NCBI GenBank assembly: GCA_963718045.1 | Contig: OY970350.1 | Coordinates: 690,001-722,000, forward strand | Source: Candidatus Saccharimonadota bacterium | GTDB taxonomy: Bacteria; Patescibacteriota; Saccharimonadia; Saccharimonadales; UBA4665 | Reading direction: 5' to 3' | Length of the DNA: 32,000 nucleotides | Part shown: positions 31,938 to 32,000 of the stretch, in pieces | Layout of the letters: every line of letters starts with the position of its first letter | How positions within the stretch are numbered: the first letter of the stretch is position 1 | Made by a program: the position numbers and the translations under genes | Notes under the pieces: model-generated | What the model was told of the DNA's origin: nothing | The model's input: only the letters and a program-made list of their open reading frames with translations | Database searches by the model: none

Positions 31938-32000
31938 GGCTATTTAGCATGCAGGATGCGGGTATATATCAGCCAGATTAAGAGAGCAACAATCAGTATT

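Noticed and set aside
1-32000. CRISPR arrays, rRNA genes, IS elements, and an alternative genetic code (UGA as sense, as in some CPR lineages)
   Set aside because: No regularly spaced repeats, rRNA-like sequence or transposase-like ORFs were seen. TGA clearly terminates full-length conserved proteins (tsaE at 18188-18190, ABC ATPase at 26346-26348), so the standard bacterial code applies.
31940-32000. Possible 3' end of another minus-strand gene entering from the right edge (…ILIVALLIWLIYTRILHAK stop at 31942-31940)
   Set aside because: Only 19 codons are visible. They look like a TM helix and the stop sits right next to the downstream -35 box, which is plausible. That is still far too little sequence to call a feature.

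Overview
Compact, moderately AT-rich bacterial chromosome segment. It is almost fully coding, intergenic gaps are about 220 bp or less, and several gene pairs overlap. The genetic code is standard: TGA is used as a stop, for example in tsaE and the ABC ATPase. Gene content points to a Patescibacteria/CPR organism, most plausibly Saccharibacteria (TM7), but this is an inference. The supporting genes are rny-ymdB, an LCP wall-polymer ligase, an orphan type IV pilin, a minimal tsaB, three Nudix genes, no biosynthetic operons, and a cluster of giant envelope proteins. Housekeeping blocks: yebC-ruvC-ruvA-ruvB, recA-recX, tsaE-tsaB, rny-ymdB, and four tRNAs (His-GUG, Pro-CGG, Pro-UGG, Lys-UUU), all with encoded CCA. 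Accessory content: (1) at 1-7558, a co-oriented cluster of a secreted lysozyme-like hydrolase, an 801-aa anchored protein, a 270-aa very basic soluble protein and a 999-aa VirB6/TrbL-like polytopic protein, suggesting a Gram-positive-type T4SS-like apparatus that continues past the left edge. (2) A single polypeptide with three tandem YbjQ (UPF0145) domains. (3) A TPCP-motif P1B ATPase preceded by a near-consensus Fur-family 7-1-7 box. (4) DinJ/RelE-like and MazEF toxin-antitoxin pairs with promoter-embedded repeats. (5) A stand-alone class II aaRS catalytic core (AsnA/AsnRS-like) behind a promoter, short leader and terminator. (6) A sensor-less GGDEF cyclase with Asn at the base-specifying Asp position. 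(7) Two adjacent Nudix genes with a duplicated promoter module. (8) A retropepsin-like (PF05618) gene, rimK and a membrane protein gene in one operon. A recurring pattern is a -10 box 6-7 nt from the ATG with no Shine-Dalgarno sequence, suggesting leaderless mRNAs. No CRISPR array, rRNA, transposase or integrase was seen.
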